Part shown: in pieces, positions 38,685-51,597 of the stretch
How the letters are laid out: the number at the start of each line of letters is the position of its first letter
How positions within the stretch are numbered: position 1 is the first letter of the stretch
Assembly: GCA_964106645.2 (NCBI GenBank)
Contig: OZ067039.1
Length of the DNA: 64,000 nt
Origin: Podarcis pityusensis
Taxonomy: Eukaryota
Reading direction: 5' to 3' (one strand)
Notes under the pieces: generated by a model
Told to the model about the DNA's origin: nothing
The model's database searches: none
What the model saw: the letters and a program-made list of their open reading frames with translations, nothing else
Program-made: the position numbers and the translations under genes

Positions 38685-39608
38685 CCGGAACCACCTCCAA
38701 CGAACAAGTGGCAGCTGGACAACTGGCTGAACAAGGTGAATCCGCATAAAGTATCACCAGCTTCTTCTGTGGACAGTAACATCCCATCAACACAAGGCTA
38801 CAAAAATGAGGGTAGAGATCAGAGCACAGGGGGTGGATATGCAGATCAGAGTGGATCTAAAGAATCAATTTCTTCCACTCCTGGGAGAGATTCAAAAACC
38901 AGCCAGAAAGGATCAGAGAGCAATCGGGGCAGACAAAAGTCACCTGCTCAGAGTGACAGCATGACCCAAAGGAGGACTGTAGGTAAAAAACAGCCCAAAA
39001 AGACAGACAAACCATCTGTGGAAGAGCCCAGAGGGGGGCTGAAAATAGAAAGTGAAACTCCAGTGGACATGACAACAAATATACCCTCTAACAGACACAA
39101 GGCAGCCACAAAAGGCTCTAGAAAGCCCAACATAAAGAAGGAGCCCAAATCTTCACCTCGGCCTACAACCGAGAAAAAGAAGTGCAAGGTTGCAAACAAG
39201 TCCTCCCAGAAATCCAAGGAATTCATAGAAACAGATACCTCATCCTCTGATTCTGATGAGAATGAGAGCTTGCCTCCTTCATCACAAACCCCCAAATATT
39301 CTGAGAGCAATAGGACTCCTGTTAAACCCTCCATGGAGGAGGATGACAGCTTTTTACGGCAACGAATGTTCTCTCCTATGGAAGAGAAGGAACTCCTTTC
39401 ACCACTCAGTGATCCTGATGAAAGGTATCCCCTTATTGTGAAGATTGACTTGAGCCTCTTAACCAGAATACCAGGGAAGCCTTACAAAGACACAGACCCA
39501 TCAAAAGTTGAGAGGAAGAATGTGTCCGAGAAGCATCCAAGGGAGCCCCAGAAAACATCCTCCGACAAAGGTTCCACCAAGGGCAAGCGGAAGCATAAGT
39601 TATGTCAG
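38685..39608 (+). CDS. AFF4: AFF4 exon 11 (includes AF9/ENL-binding [10 protein letters not shown] at 39432-39461); 3' end inferred at shifted donor
   Basis: [22 protein letters not shown]...KGKRKHK(LCQ); nearest phase-0 GT donor is CAG|GTCAGT at 39608/39609. Confidence 0.9.
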
Positions 39609-41194
39609 GTCAGTTTTCAGTATGTCGCTTTAGTGTCATCTAAATGGAAGGTTAAGGGAGTAGTCTTTCAAAACCTAGTGTCTTCTGTGCAATCGAAGAT
39701 GTGTAGAAAAATGTAATGAACTGATTTAGCATTTTTAATTTTAGTTTTAAGGTCACTTCCATGAAGAAAAGAAAAAAGTTAAACAAAAGAATAAGAAAAT
39801 ATTATAGTTCAGTTGCGATATTTGCATATTGCTGTAAACTAGCAATAGGTGTAACTCATACCCCAACCAGCATAGCCAGTAGTCAGGATTGATTGGAACT
39901 GAAGTCCAGCAATATCTGGCTTTCCCTGTTGTTTAACCATAATTAAAAGTTTGCCAGGAGCATGCATATGGCTTCTGCTTTGTTCTTTTTAGTGGGAGCT
40001 ACAAACCATAGTCCTTGGCTTAGTGTTTCATCTTGTGAAGCCAAGCTTTGTTCTTGATTTACTATGATCTCCTTGTTTGAATGTAATACTGAGGAAATGA
40101 TCCAAACCACTAAATATTGTTTACTATAGTATGCAAACTGGGCCATTGCAATGTGATTTTTGCATTTAAGTTCACCTCAAATTTCTGTGGTTGGTTATAA
40201 ATGTTGCGAGTAGTACTTCAGTCAGTAAGTAGTCTGACTAAAATGTATGTTGGTATTTGCTTGATCTTTAATGTGAATGGAGCAAGATTTCCATTAGCTT
40301 CCAGTTTGGCACATAAATTATTGGCTAATCGGTTTAGAGGGTAGTGAAATATGGCAAACTACACCCCATACATAGTTTATAGATACATGCTGAGAAGATT
40401 TAATTGTTACATGTAGTCCTGCGTTGGTAAGAAAATGAGCTTGTGTGATCTTATCCATTTCTTGCATTACAGAGTTTTGCAACTTTATGGCATCATGCCA
40501 GTAGATGCCCTGTTTACATGGATAAAAGTGTCCGCCTGAAAGTTACGCAAGGGAGCCTTAATCACACTTGTAGGCTCGGGTTGAAAATTTCTTTGGTGAT
40601 TCTTCTTTTGTGAAAGTTTTGCAGACCCAAGATAAGACTTTGGGAGTTTGTCACTGTGCAGTGGCTATAGTAAAGCAGCTACACAACCAATGAGTTGGTG
40701 GCGTCTTAGGAAAGTTATACATGTTAAAAACTATGCTGAATTTGGAACAAATACATGGCCATCTGTTTGGAATTAATGGCATGCATTTCAACCATTCCCT
40801 CTTGATAGTTGATCCACAGCTAAGCTAGCTATTGTTCCGAGGACTCAAAGTGTCTTAAAAGTTGGGAAGGAAAAAACAGCACAGTAAGGATTGAGAGGCT
40901 TGGGTGAAATCCAGTGGCATCTGTCCAACAGCAGAGCAGGCACTGTTTGCAGAAGAAGTTCCAGATTCTCCTTCCCTACATCTTCTGCATGCCTCCATAA
41001 TCTTCTCCAGGGGGTTGGGGGATCCTGTGGAGCAAATTGGGAGGGACTTGGGGGAAGGCTGCAGGAGGAATGGGAAGTCCCGGCAAATAAGTGAATGGCC
41101 ACTGTGCAGTGATGCCTATGGTCAGTGTAAGAAACTCAGGTGTATTAGCTAGGCACCAAATGGTGTCTTAAACCTAGCTTGCTGTCACCGCAAT

Positions 41195-41265
41195 GGAATG
41201 CCTATTCACCAGGGGGTTGGACTAGATGACTCTAGGGGTCCCTTTCAATGCTATGATTTTATGAT
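41195..41265 (+). mobile_element. CR1 LINE 3' terminus
   Basis: CAGGGGGTTGGACTAGATGAC..GGTCCCTTTCAA..TATGATTTTATGAT, typical CR1 end with octamer-like tail. Confidence 0.7.
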
Positions 41266-44200
41266 CTCAACTGCATTGCTTGACTGTAGCCTGTCCTTAC
41301 AACAATTTACTTGTCCCAGTATGCAAGAAGGAGAAACACACACAGTATAAATGGAAATGATATTAACTGTGAACTAAGGCAGATGTTTTTAAACTGTGGT
41401 CGCCAACCTGGTGCCCAGGAATATCCTTGTAGGCGTAATTGGACCCATGCCAGTAGCAAAACACACCTGGGGAATATTGAACACTGGCTATTGCCAGTTG
41501 TTTGTTCTTATTGTCTACCAACAATTTAAATACACTTAGTTCTTTTGCCTTTAATTTTAAAAGTGGGGCAGAATGTTAACTGAATGAGTGCGCAAAGTGT
41601 TCACACTCCACTTCTCATATATATGAATTCTAACAGTGAACTTTTTCCCATTTTTCTTGTGTAAAAGGCTTCATTAAATAATTCTAGTTATTCTTGTTAT
41701 TGTGACTGTGTTGGTGGGGCACACTAAATTTAAGCTGGATCAGTTGTGTTACAGCTGTTGCCAAAATCCTCTCAGCAACTATATTCACAATCTTGCATTA
41801 AAGCGTAATTAGGATTAATAAGATCTTTATAGAGTGTTTAAGGCATGTCTCAAAAATTATCAAAATCAGGAATTTACAAACTGACTGGCATCATTCCTTT
41901 CTGCTAAGTCATTTGTAAAGCCCAGTCTAACAGCAATACTATTATATGTATGTATTTTTAAAAGCCATGTTTTATCACAAAATGACATTAATAGACACAT
42001 CATATGTCAGAGTAATAAGCCAAGGTATAAACTAAGGAGGCAGGAGAACATTGCTGCATTCCATTTCAAACACTTTCTAACTTCCAACTGTTCCTCACTA
42101 CAAAAGATTCTTCGTAGTCTTCTAAGACTACATGGGACTAAGCACCATTGCAGGCCAGAAACATCAAGAGAGAGAAAGATGTTGAAATCATCAAGCTCAG
42201 CCCCGAAGGGATCGCCGCTATCTCCCAATACTTTATGATGTGGCCATCTTCCTATATCTCTACACCTTAATAATTTGTTGCAAACAACAGTAATTCAGAC
42301 AACAGTAAATTTTAAAGTGGGAGAGGGGACTAGAACTAGTGTCACATAACCAGCCTGCCAAGCCTTTTTTCACTGGCCCACCAGATACCCTCCACTTTTT
42401 CACGGTGGGGGTGGTTACAAAACAGAACACACATGCTGCAGTGTTCCCAGAAACTCTTCTTTCTCCTGTCTCCCTGTCTTCTGTCTTTGCCAGTGTTTCC
42501 AGAGCCCTCAACTCACATTGAACCAATTCTTGGCTAGCATTCCCCTTGCCTTCAGGAGTCCTCAGCTTTCATTGCCCATGCTCGGAGGTGACTGGGAATT
42601 ACCAGAGGTTCCACCAATCTCCCAACAAGTTTCATGAACAGCAAACAGCAGAGATCTTAAAAGTAATTTAAATCAATTCAGAGCCAGTGGGGCAAGTTAG
42701 GTCAGATAGCAAATTAGCAGACACATCCCTCTTACGGTGGCTGTGTTTGCATGACCAAAGCCTGGGTTAAATAAGTCAGGACATGTATGAGCTTGGTGCA
42801 TTGGCAGTTTCTCTCTTTTCTTGCCTCTTGACTTCTTTCTTCAGACAAGCAGTTAATCATAGTTTTCAATTATATGTGAACTGAGAGCCATGGTTAATGG
42901 GATTCAAATAAACAGGATTCAAAAGCCAACTTTAAACCAGCTCATGCATATTCTGGCTTATTTTCAAGTTTTGCATGCCAAACTTGAAATCTATATATAT
43001 TACATATATTAGAAGACTTGTAGTGCTGCATCGCAACCCTTTATTTGCATGAAGTCAAATAATAACCCCCATGGGACGATTTGCATGAAATCAGGATAGA
43101 GGAAAGGAGCAAAAAAGGAAGTAGAAGATGGACACACAGGAAAATGGAAGCTTTAACAACAGCAGAGGTTTGAGTAAAGCAGAGATGGAACCAAACTGAG
43201 GGGGGAAAGTGGTGATTTTAAACAGTGGCAGAGATTTGAGTAGAGTGAACAGGGAGTAACACTAAGATGGGAAAGTGGCAGTTTGAAACGTTTTGAGTAC
43301 AGTGAAAATGAAACTGGGAAAGGTTCTGTTGCATTAACTTTTTGGTGTTTTCTTCTCTATTTTTCTTATCTGATATTTCTCCATGTTAAAACTGTTAGGG
43401 GTTGGGGTTTTTTTTAAACACCTCAGTGTGCCCTTCTTCCTGATTTACTTAAACCTCTGATGTTGTTTAAAACTTCATTTCAGTGTCCCTCTATTCCTGC
43501 TTTACTTTAAATTTCTGCCGTTGTTTGAGTACAGCGAGAAGAGAGAAGCAATTGGGGGGGGGGAGGAATGGCTGCTTTAACCTTCTTCCTCTTTCATTCC
43601 TTGGCTGCCTCATGTGACATAGATCCCTCAAGTATTCCACAGTATCTTCCCACAAAGCATTTCACTCTTGGTACCACATGTTGCCTTATTGAAGTTCCAT
43701 ATTCAGTATAGTAATTTAGAAGATACACCAATATTTGGACAACATCCTTCAACTGAATTTAACTTTCCCTCACTAAACAAGCTGACAGCCTAGTTCCTTA
43801 CGATTCTGTTAATCTAAAAGATGCAGTAGCATGTATCATTATGGGATGTGTGCTCCAAGGGAGCTGCAGAATAGGAGAGAGAAGAAGGTATGGAAATTGA
43901 GTGATCTGTGTTCAAGAGGGAGCTGAAAAAGTGGGAAGAGTAAAGGGAAAAAAGGAGTGAATGTGAAAATGGGGTGGCAAAAAGGAGGTAATAGGAAGCA
44001 TAGGCATGGGGTTAAAGATGAAAGCAAGGAAATGAAAGGTTCTGCAAAATACAAGGGGAAGGGGAAGCTCTAGGGTCTTAATGGGAATGGCAGGGGCTTG
44101 GTCAGCGGAGTGAGCAGGGGCACAGTACCTAGTACATTTATATTATTTCATTTATATTTTTACCATATTAAAGAACACCCTTAAAAAGTAGTTTAATGTT

Positions 44201-44701
44201 TCATTTTTTTCTGCTATGAAATGTTTAACGTGCATTTACAAGGAGCAGTTTACAAATAGTAAATGTGTATTTTGCTAAATATTAAAGTAAGCCTTTAAAT
44301 TGCACATTTCTTAGCATAGTAAATAGGAATAAATTTTCGCTGGTGAGATCCAGTATAGAGACTCTTGTGTCAGCATGACAAGACCAGTTGCTGTTTTGAC
44401 AGTCTATAGTGGGAGTAAACTGAGCTGTCACATTTTTGCATGCATGAAGCTATTAAAGCCACACTTAGATCTCCTTGTATTGCAGGAGTATGACATCTAC
44501 AATACTTCAGCCTTATGTTCATTTTGTCAGTAAGGTTTATTGACATTATCTTGTACTGTTCCTGCAGGGAATGTTTTTATTACTCGCTGTATTATTATCT
44601 TAATCCTGTAAGTGGCTTGTTAAATCATTGTGGTGGTCTGTGAAACATAGCTGCACTTATTTAATGTGAGATCATCAAACTTTGTGGTTGTTTCATTTTA
44701 G

Positions 44702-44790
44702 AATGCAGAGGAAAGCCGAGGCGTTGAAAGCAAGAAAACTAAACTAGAAGAAAAGGCTCCTTCAGTGCACAAAACGTCCAGTAACAGAGA
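44702..44790 (+). CDS. AFF4: AFF4 exon 12
   Basis: NAEESRGVESKKTKLEEKAPSVHKTSSNR(E); TAG/GTGAGT; 89 nt, phase 0-2. Confidence 0.93.
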
Positions 44791-45576
44791 GTGAGTGCTT
44801 GTCTACACTACGTAAGATCCAAAATGCATGAAGCAGAAGGTTTGCTCAGAGCACACAGTTTTAAAAGTGGTCCGTTTGCACACAAAGTTCCAGCTTTTGT
44901 TTGATCAGTTACCCCTGCAGAATTGTCAGATTGCTTTCTTTAAAAGAAATCTCAATTTTGGGTTGGCACAGCACTTGTTCAAAGGTAAAATTAGGGGAGA
45001 AATGTATACCTGCTTTTAGCAAGTATTTCTTATAAAAAAGCTGCCCTGTCAAATGCCCCACCACATGTTTAACATTTGGTAGTTTAAATTGTAGTTTGTC
45101 CATTCTGAAGAGACAGCTTAAAAGAGCTCCATTTATTTTTTTTTGTAAGTGGGCACCTTTCTGGATCATAGCTCATAATCTCTACCTTTTTAGATAAGGG
45201 GTCACTATCCTTTTTCAAACAGTGGGCATATTTGAATTTTGAGAATGCTTTGGGCACCTGTCCCAAAATAGCCGTGGGCCACTGGGTGACCACCGTTGTT
45301 GTAACGCGCGGGGGACCTGTAGCCCTCCAAATGTCGCTGCACTACAATCCCCATCTCTAACCATTTGCATCAAACAACATCTGGGGACAGGGGTGTCACA
45401 AGCTCCTATTCCTGATTTAGAGGATGGTTTTTCTGTTTAATGTTGTACTTTTAGAGCTGCCATATTTTCTTCATTCTTACATGGGATTGCTAGTGGTACT
45501 TGAACCATGGAATAGGTTTGCATAGGTGGCAGTAACTTGCACTGGTTAATATTTTTTTTCCTTCCCTGTGGGGCAG

Positions 45577-45811
45577 ATCATCAAAGCAGAGTGCTGTTAA
45601 GGAGAAGGATCTTCTTCCGTCTCCAGCCACAACCCCAGCCACCCAGAAAGATTCCAAGCAAGAGCATGGGTCTCGGAAGAGAACCGTCAGTCAGTCGTCT
45701 TCCTTGAAATCGAGCAGTAACAATAACAAGGAGAGTAGCAGCAGCAAAGGTAGCTCTTCTAAACAAAAGAAGACTGAAGGGAAGGCCTCAAGTAATACCA
45801 AGGAAGCAAAG
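45577..45811 (+). CDS. AFF4: AFF4 exon 13
   Basis: [16 protein letters not shown]...[17 protein letters not shown]...[17 protein letters not shown]; CAG/GTAAAA; 235 nt. Confidence 0.95.
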
Positions 45812-46042
45812 GTAAAAAGATTATACTTCCATCATAGTTTTCCATTGTCCATAACCTTTCGTTTGCACTTTTTGTAAAACCAAGCAAATAAGCCCTCTTC
45901 AGAAGAAACCCTTACATGTTGAACAAAAAATGGGAGCAGGGCTGCATTGACTGACCTGACATACGCATGCTAGCTTGGCCTGCCCTCTTGTCCATGCCTA
46001 CATCACAAACGCTTGCAAGGAGGTAACCTTCCTGTGTACTCT

Positions 46043-46115
46043 TGTACCAGCAAAGGCATCCATGTAATCTGGAACCAGTAGAATTTCAGGTTGCATGGAT
46101 GCCTTTGTTAGTACA
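46043..46115 (+). repeat. 32-bp stem / 9-nt loop hairpin
   Basis: Arms 46043-46074 and 46084-46115 pair with 1 mismatch and 4 G:U on the + strand. Confidence 0.85.
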
Positions 46116-46310
46116 GCTGTAAGCACAAAGGGTTCCTCTTTGCAGACATTCATGCTATATGCTTTTAGACGTCAGAGGGAGGGGCTTGTTTTCCACTCAG
46201 ACATTGTAGGAGTATTTGACTGTTTTGTCTGGCTAAAGCTAGAATTTCACAGCTTTTGAGTTCTCTAATTGAGACACGACAACTTGGGGTTTATAAGATA
46301 CCTGTTAGAG

Positions 46311-46703
46311 CAGGGTGGTCCAATGCGTAGCCCAGGGGGTGTATAGGACCCGCAATGCCTTTTGGTGTTCCCCAGGCAACATTTGATGTCCCCTGCAAAG
46401 GAGAAGGTGTGAGGGCTCTGACCGGGTCCTTAGAGTCTTCTCATCTCCTTTCCAAATCCTAGTTAGTGTTTTCTCAGCTTTGGGAAGGAGGTATGAGGAC
46501 TCTGACCCTGTCAGAGCCTCGCACCTCCTTCTAAAGTGCAGCGCCCTTTTACTGGGATTTGGGAAGGCTGCACAAGGGCTGGTTGGGCAGGGGGATCAGA
46601 TTTTGGCCATGCATCCCCCCACCCCACCCCACGTGACAAGGCAGTATGCAGCCTGTGGATTGTATGCTGAAGTAAACTTGATATGAAAAGTTGTACCACC
46701 CTG
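46311..46703. mobile_element. hAT-type MITE
   Basis: TIRs CAGGGTGGTCCAA / TTGTACCACCCTG; perfect 8-bp TSD TGTTAGAG (46303-46310, 46704-46711); internal inverted repeat. Confidence 0.9.
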
Positions 46704-47381
46704 TGTTAGAGGAACCTTCGTGGACATGAGCACACCTTTAAGTAGACGACGAAGGTGATTTTTGCCTGCCGGTAATTCCTAGACTGCAAATGTTACTCTG
46801 AATTAGAGATTTTCTGTTCATCAGTGGTCAGTGTTTCATTAATAGGAACATAGTAGTAGATAAACTAGTAAGTGAAAGTAAATTTGCTTATGCCTCAGGC
46901 AAAATTGGAGCGTTGTAGAAACTAGGACAATGGGAGGACCTTAGAAAGTAAACAAGTGGCTAAATACTTCACCAAGGAATGTAGCTGCAAAAGTCTTGAT
47001 TTTTTGAGCCAAGTAGAGTTGGACTAAACAGTGCCTTCACGGGGGAAATTCCAAAGAGCTTGTGTATGTGGAAGGAGTTGGTTTTTAATAGATTTTTTGG
47101 CACCCTTCTTTTAAGCCTACACTGAGTCATGTCTGGACCAATTTAAAATTAGGGTAATTAGTATCCCCTCATAGTTCTGCTGGGTTTTAATAATTCTCCT
47201 GCTAGGGTAGTATTGATGTGTTCTATTAATGCATTAGCCTAGTTGGCCGAGTTTCATTATTGAAGCAGAATTTGGTTTATCTGTTTTGTAAACAGATTTA
47301 ACACACAGATGATGATTGAAAGAAAAACTAAAGTTGAATAGAAAGAAGACTATAGACTCCCTTCAGATGTTAAAAGGGCAG

Positions 47382-48278
47382 TGTGACGCTTCTTGCTCCT
47401 CATGTCCTCTGTGAACCCGGTTCCAGGTGAACCCTTAGGAGTCTCAAGTTAGAGGGTTTTCTTTTTTCCGTCATCATGCTTCTCTGTTTCCTTGGTTTAT
47501 CAGCTGCCAGTGGCGTAATTAACACTAGAGATCCTTTGTAACCCCCTGCCTTGGTTTTTCCCCTCTCATGGAGGAAGTACAAGCCAGTTAAACTTGTGTT
47601 ATATGAAGCTCCTTCTCTTCCTTTTACACCTTCTAACTCTCATTTTCCTCGTGACTTCACACAGACTCACAGGTTCAAGTGCACACACAAGGTTTCTCTC
47701 TCTCGGTTTCATTCCTTGTAACCTTTCGATTTGCGTGCTTTCACACCCCAACTCCATACCTTTCTCTGCCTCTAGCTGTTTTCCTCTACATTCCTCACTT
47801 ACAAGCTCTCTCCCCGCTGCTTCTCCCAGCAGCCAATCAGCCCATTCCCCCCTCCTTTTCCCTCTCTCTGTGCCTACAAGCACACACAGTTGTTTGTTCT
47901 GCTGGGTTTCCTTCTTTTTGCTTCCACTTCCCTCCAGAGTCTCTCGCTGTTGGTGAGCTTTAGGACCCACCCCGCTGGCTGCTTGTGGCTCTTTAATCCT
48001 GACAGGGTGGGACAGGTCAGCGCCCTCAAAGCCCTTGACACCCCCCAGCCTCCCAGCGGGGCCCCTCCCTTCCCGGGCAGATTGACAGCTAGAAAGACTG
48101 CTTCTCTGCTGTCGCCTCTACTCACAAGCACAAAAGTACGGGAGGAACAGAGAGGTGCTAAAAGCCCTAGGAGCAGGGTTGGCACATTGCACCTCTGCCT
48201 TACTGTGATGTATTTTAAGTTCAAGTTCAATAGGGGAAACAGCTGTTGGAGGGTTGGAAGAAGGAGTGAGACGTAACC
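47382..48278 (-). mobile_element. Possible solo LTR (Gypsy-like)
   Basis: ~900-bp GC-richer, strand-skewed block with TGTGACG..CTCCT / AGGAG..CGTAAC ends and internal AGCCAATCAG; no clean TSD. Confidence 0.4.
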
Positions 48279-48862
48279 GTGATTATGGAGAACTGTTGGG
48301 GATGTGGGAGCAGTGATAAGAATGGTGGGCATCTGAAAAGTTTGCTGTAGTTATTAGATTTCAGAACTTTGGCCACCCTGGAACTTGTAGCTTTCTTTGG
48401 AAAAAAGTATTGCACTTCGTCTGGAAAGTAAAATATCTTTGGTTGTATGCTGCACTGTTACATAATGGCAATATTCAGCCGTTGCTCAGGCATCTGACTG
48501 TAATTTGATACTTCCTGCATAGTTCTACTGCAGCATAGGTTGCAACAGCACTGAGAACGAGACCTAACAAAGCTGTATAGCTGTGAGCATTAGAAAATGC
48601 CTAATAAGTTGTATTAATTAATTATATGCAAACAATAACAATTGGATTCCTAATTGAAAAGTGCCCGTGTTGTGTTTTGAATCTGTTGGAGTCCATATGG
48701 CAACATCTGTGTCGGTCAAGCTGTATATGTGGTAAACATGAATGACGGTACACATCTGGATTGCATTTAGCCAGCCTGAGCTCAGCAAGTGAAGCACAAG
48801 CAGTGAATATTTGTTCGCCAAAAATCAGTGTTTTAACTAATTGTGGTCTGTCTTCTTTCAAG

Positions 48863-48960
48863 GAGAAGCTTTTAAATAATTCTTCAAACTGCCCTTCTGC
48901 CTCCACCATGACTACAGATAACTCGAAGTCCCGGAGAGCAAAGCTAGTGTTTGATGACAG
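48863..48960 (+). CDS. AFF4: AFF4 exon 14
   Basis: EKLLNNSSNCPSASTMTTDNSKSRRAKLVFDD(R); AAG acceptor, GTGAGA donor; 98 nt. Confidence 0.93.
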
Positions 48961-49239
48961 GTGAGAACAGATAGAAGTCAGGCAGTTGGTCTCTGTATTA
49001 CCAAGAATGTGTGATGAATATTTATACTGACATCTGTGTGTCGTCCATTTTAGGCTTTTTGCTCTGTCTTTCTGACATGATAGTTTGGGTACCTTTCCAC
49101 TCATCTGTTGCAAGGAGTTACAGCTGCCAGGAGTGAAATGCAGCGTGATGCTGTCTATTTCTGCAAACCTGCAGATCTTCTCTGAGCTGAATTAGTTCCC
49201 CTCTCCTCCCAAAAAGACACTGTTCTCCTGAGAAGGGGC

Positions 49240-49470
49240 ACAGCATATGCTTTGCATGAGAAGGGTCCCAGGTTCAATCCCAGACATTTCCTTCAGGGAG
49301 GGCTGAGAAAGATTCTTGCCTGAAACCCTGGAGAGCTTCTGCCAGTCATTATAGATCAGGGGCTGGGACCACCAGCCTGCAGCCCAATCTTGGCCTGCCA
49401 GAAGATCCACTTTGGCCCACAAGGCCATTTCCCTTAAACCATGCCCACCGGTCCAAACATGTTTTGTTGT
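49240..49470 (+). mobile_element. Squam3-like SINE fragment interrupted at 49357 by a hAT-type end
   Basis: CCCAGGTTCAATCCC B box, AAACCCTGGAGAGCTTCTGCCAGTC, then CAGGGGCTGGGACC. Confidence 0.55.
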
Positions 49471-49689
49471 GGAATTGAAGGCCAGTACTACGTATCTGCT
49501 GTGCAAAGCTAGTAACACAGACCCAAACCAGTACCAAACCAAACGTCATTCCTTTGCTCCAGTACAGTGAGAACACATTGTAAGCCAAAGTGCCACTGTG
49601 TGGATGCAATGTATTGTGCCAGTGCAGGAGGGGTGTGTTGTGAGCATTGTCAGGCCAGGAAATTAGGGCTCCTAGATAACCCTCCGTAA

Positions 49690-49884
<195 letters not shown>

Positions 49885-49993
49885 TGATTCCCCCCCCCCC
49901 CCCCCGCCACCGCCCTCGACTATTTTGCCTGACACTGTAGTAGTAATCTTCACTTTTATGAGTTGATTGTCAAAAGGCTTTATATTTCTTTAG

Positions 49994-50131
<138 letters not shown>

Positions 50132-50375
50132 TAAGTGATACAGAACATGCAACAAGCATTGTCATAAAAATGGGGATTAGGAGCTCTGGTGCGAGTGCCT
50201 TAGTAAAACATTGAACAAAAATATTCCACTCTCGGTATTTTTCAGCTTGGGGTTAACTGCAGATTTTTTGGGCACAAAGGATAAAGCACAAACCTCACAT
50301 TTTTTCATTAAAGAATTGTGAATAAGAACTGAATGTTTTGATGTGACAGTTGCTTATATCATTTTTTGGTTGCAG

Positions 50376-50447
50376 GTACACTATGAAACTGAAGAATTAC
50401 TCAGCACCAGATGCTACTGCAGCAGACAAAAGGCTAGCAGTGCTGTG
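50376..50447 (+). CDS. AFF4: AFF4 exon 17
   Basis: [23 protein letters not shown](C); CAG/GTATGT; 72 nt. Confidence 0.96.
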
Positions 50448-50919
50448 GTATGTACAGTTTGAGCAATTACAGTTAAATAGCTTTGAAGGCAGACTATACC
50501 TGTATAATGTACATTTTGTGATAAGGAAAAAACCAAAGCTTACTATCTAGCCTAATACTGTTATTTCTTGACTGGCAACAGCTCTTCAAGGTGTCAAGGA
50601 GAAGTCCACGCTTCTACCTGGGATTTAGTATCACTTTAATCTTCTTTGAATTCAACTGTTCTAGTACTCCTGGTTATGTTACAGCCATCACATAGCTGTT
50701 ATTATTTGTACTGCCTTTGGCAATATTCCAAAGTAATAATTAGCTTACTGTAGTCACCTCATTATTATGTACTATAAAATAATACATTTAGTATTTTACA
50801 CACACCCCCAGACTGATTTTTGGTTAGTCATGTCATGTTTTATTATTTATTCGTACAATTTCATAACAAGAAAATTATATATATAATAATTAAAGTGATG
50901 GTGTTATTTCTTTTTCTAG

Positions 50920-51013
50920 TCTTAGATGCCAGTCCCTGTTATACTTAAGACTTTTCAAACTGAAGAAGGAGAGTGCCCTGAAGTATTCCAAGACATTGAC
51001 TGAACATCTAAAG
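50920..51013 (+). CDS. AFF4: AFF4 exon 18
   Basis: [31 protein letters not shown]; TAG/GTAAAA; 94 nt. Confidence 0.96.
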
Positions 51014-51310
51014 GTAAAAAACATGTTCATTGTAGCTTTGGAAAGAAATTGCCTAACCCAAAGGGTTATTCATTGTGATCATCATGCTTCTCTATGCAGG
51101 AATGGGGTTTTTTTGGGGGGGTGGGGAAAGCGCTGTAGTTAAACTTGATGAATTGTGTAAGAAAGACATTTTGTATTAGGTGACTAATAAATTGAATGAA
51201 GAATAATAACTCCCATTATCCCTGACATCTGGCATCAACATACTTGGTGACTGCTGTATTTTCCAGATTTTATTGTACAATTTATTGAATGGGTTGTTTT
51301 TCCTCAACAG

Positions 51311-51354
51311 AATTCCTATAACAATTCTCAAGCACCATCACCTGGTATGGGAAG
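51311..51354 (+). CDS. AFF4: AFF4 exon 19
   Basis: NSYNNSQAPSPGMG(S); CAG/GTAAGT; 44 nt. Confidence 0.95.
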
Positions 51355-51382
51355 GTAAGTGTTTCTTTTATACACAATACTA

Positions 51383-51597
51383 GGTTGTATCCAATGATGC
51401 CATTCAGAAAGGCTTCCGTCAGCAGAACAGGGAGGAAAGCATTTTTCAGCAATTACTCCTCCATTCTGTGCTCCATAGTCATCTCTGGAAAGCCACACAA
51501 GCTTCTGGAGCAGATTTGGGGTTTGGTGCAGCAGCAGGAGGAAACACTGAAAATTACTATCCTCCCAGTCAGTTGAACAGCACTGTTGGATACAACC
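51383..51597. mobile_element. Palindromic PIF/Harbinger-like MITE
   Basis: Perfect 12-bp TIR GGTTGTATCCAA / TTGGATACAACC; central TCTGGAGCAGATTTGGGG. Confidence 0.7.

Noticed and set aside
38857-39334. Antisense ORFs over exon 11
   Set aside because: Shadow frames of the AFF4 coding exon
39609-39716. ORF-track extension VSFQYVALV...CRKM
   Set aside because: Intronic read-through past the donor; not AFF4-like
40473-40720. Possible poison exon (good acceptor, in-frame TAG after 10 codons) or enhancer with TTACGCAA/TGTTTAC motifs
   Set aside because: No convincing donor and conservation cannot be tested
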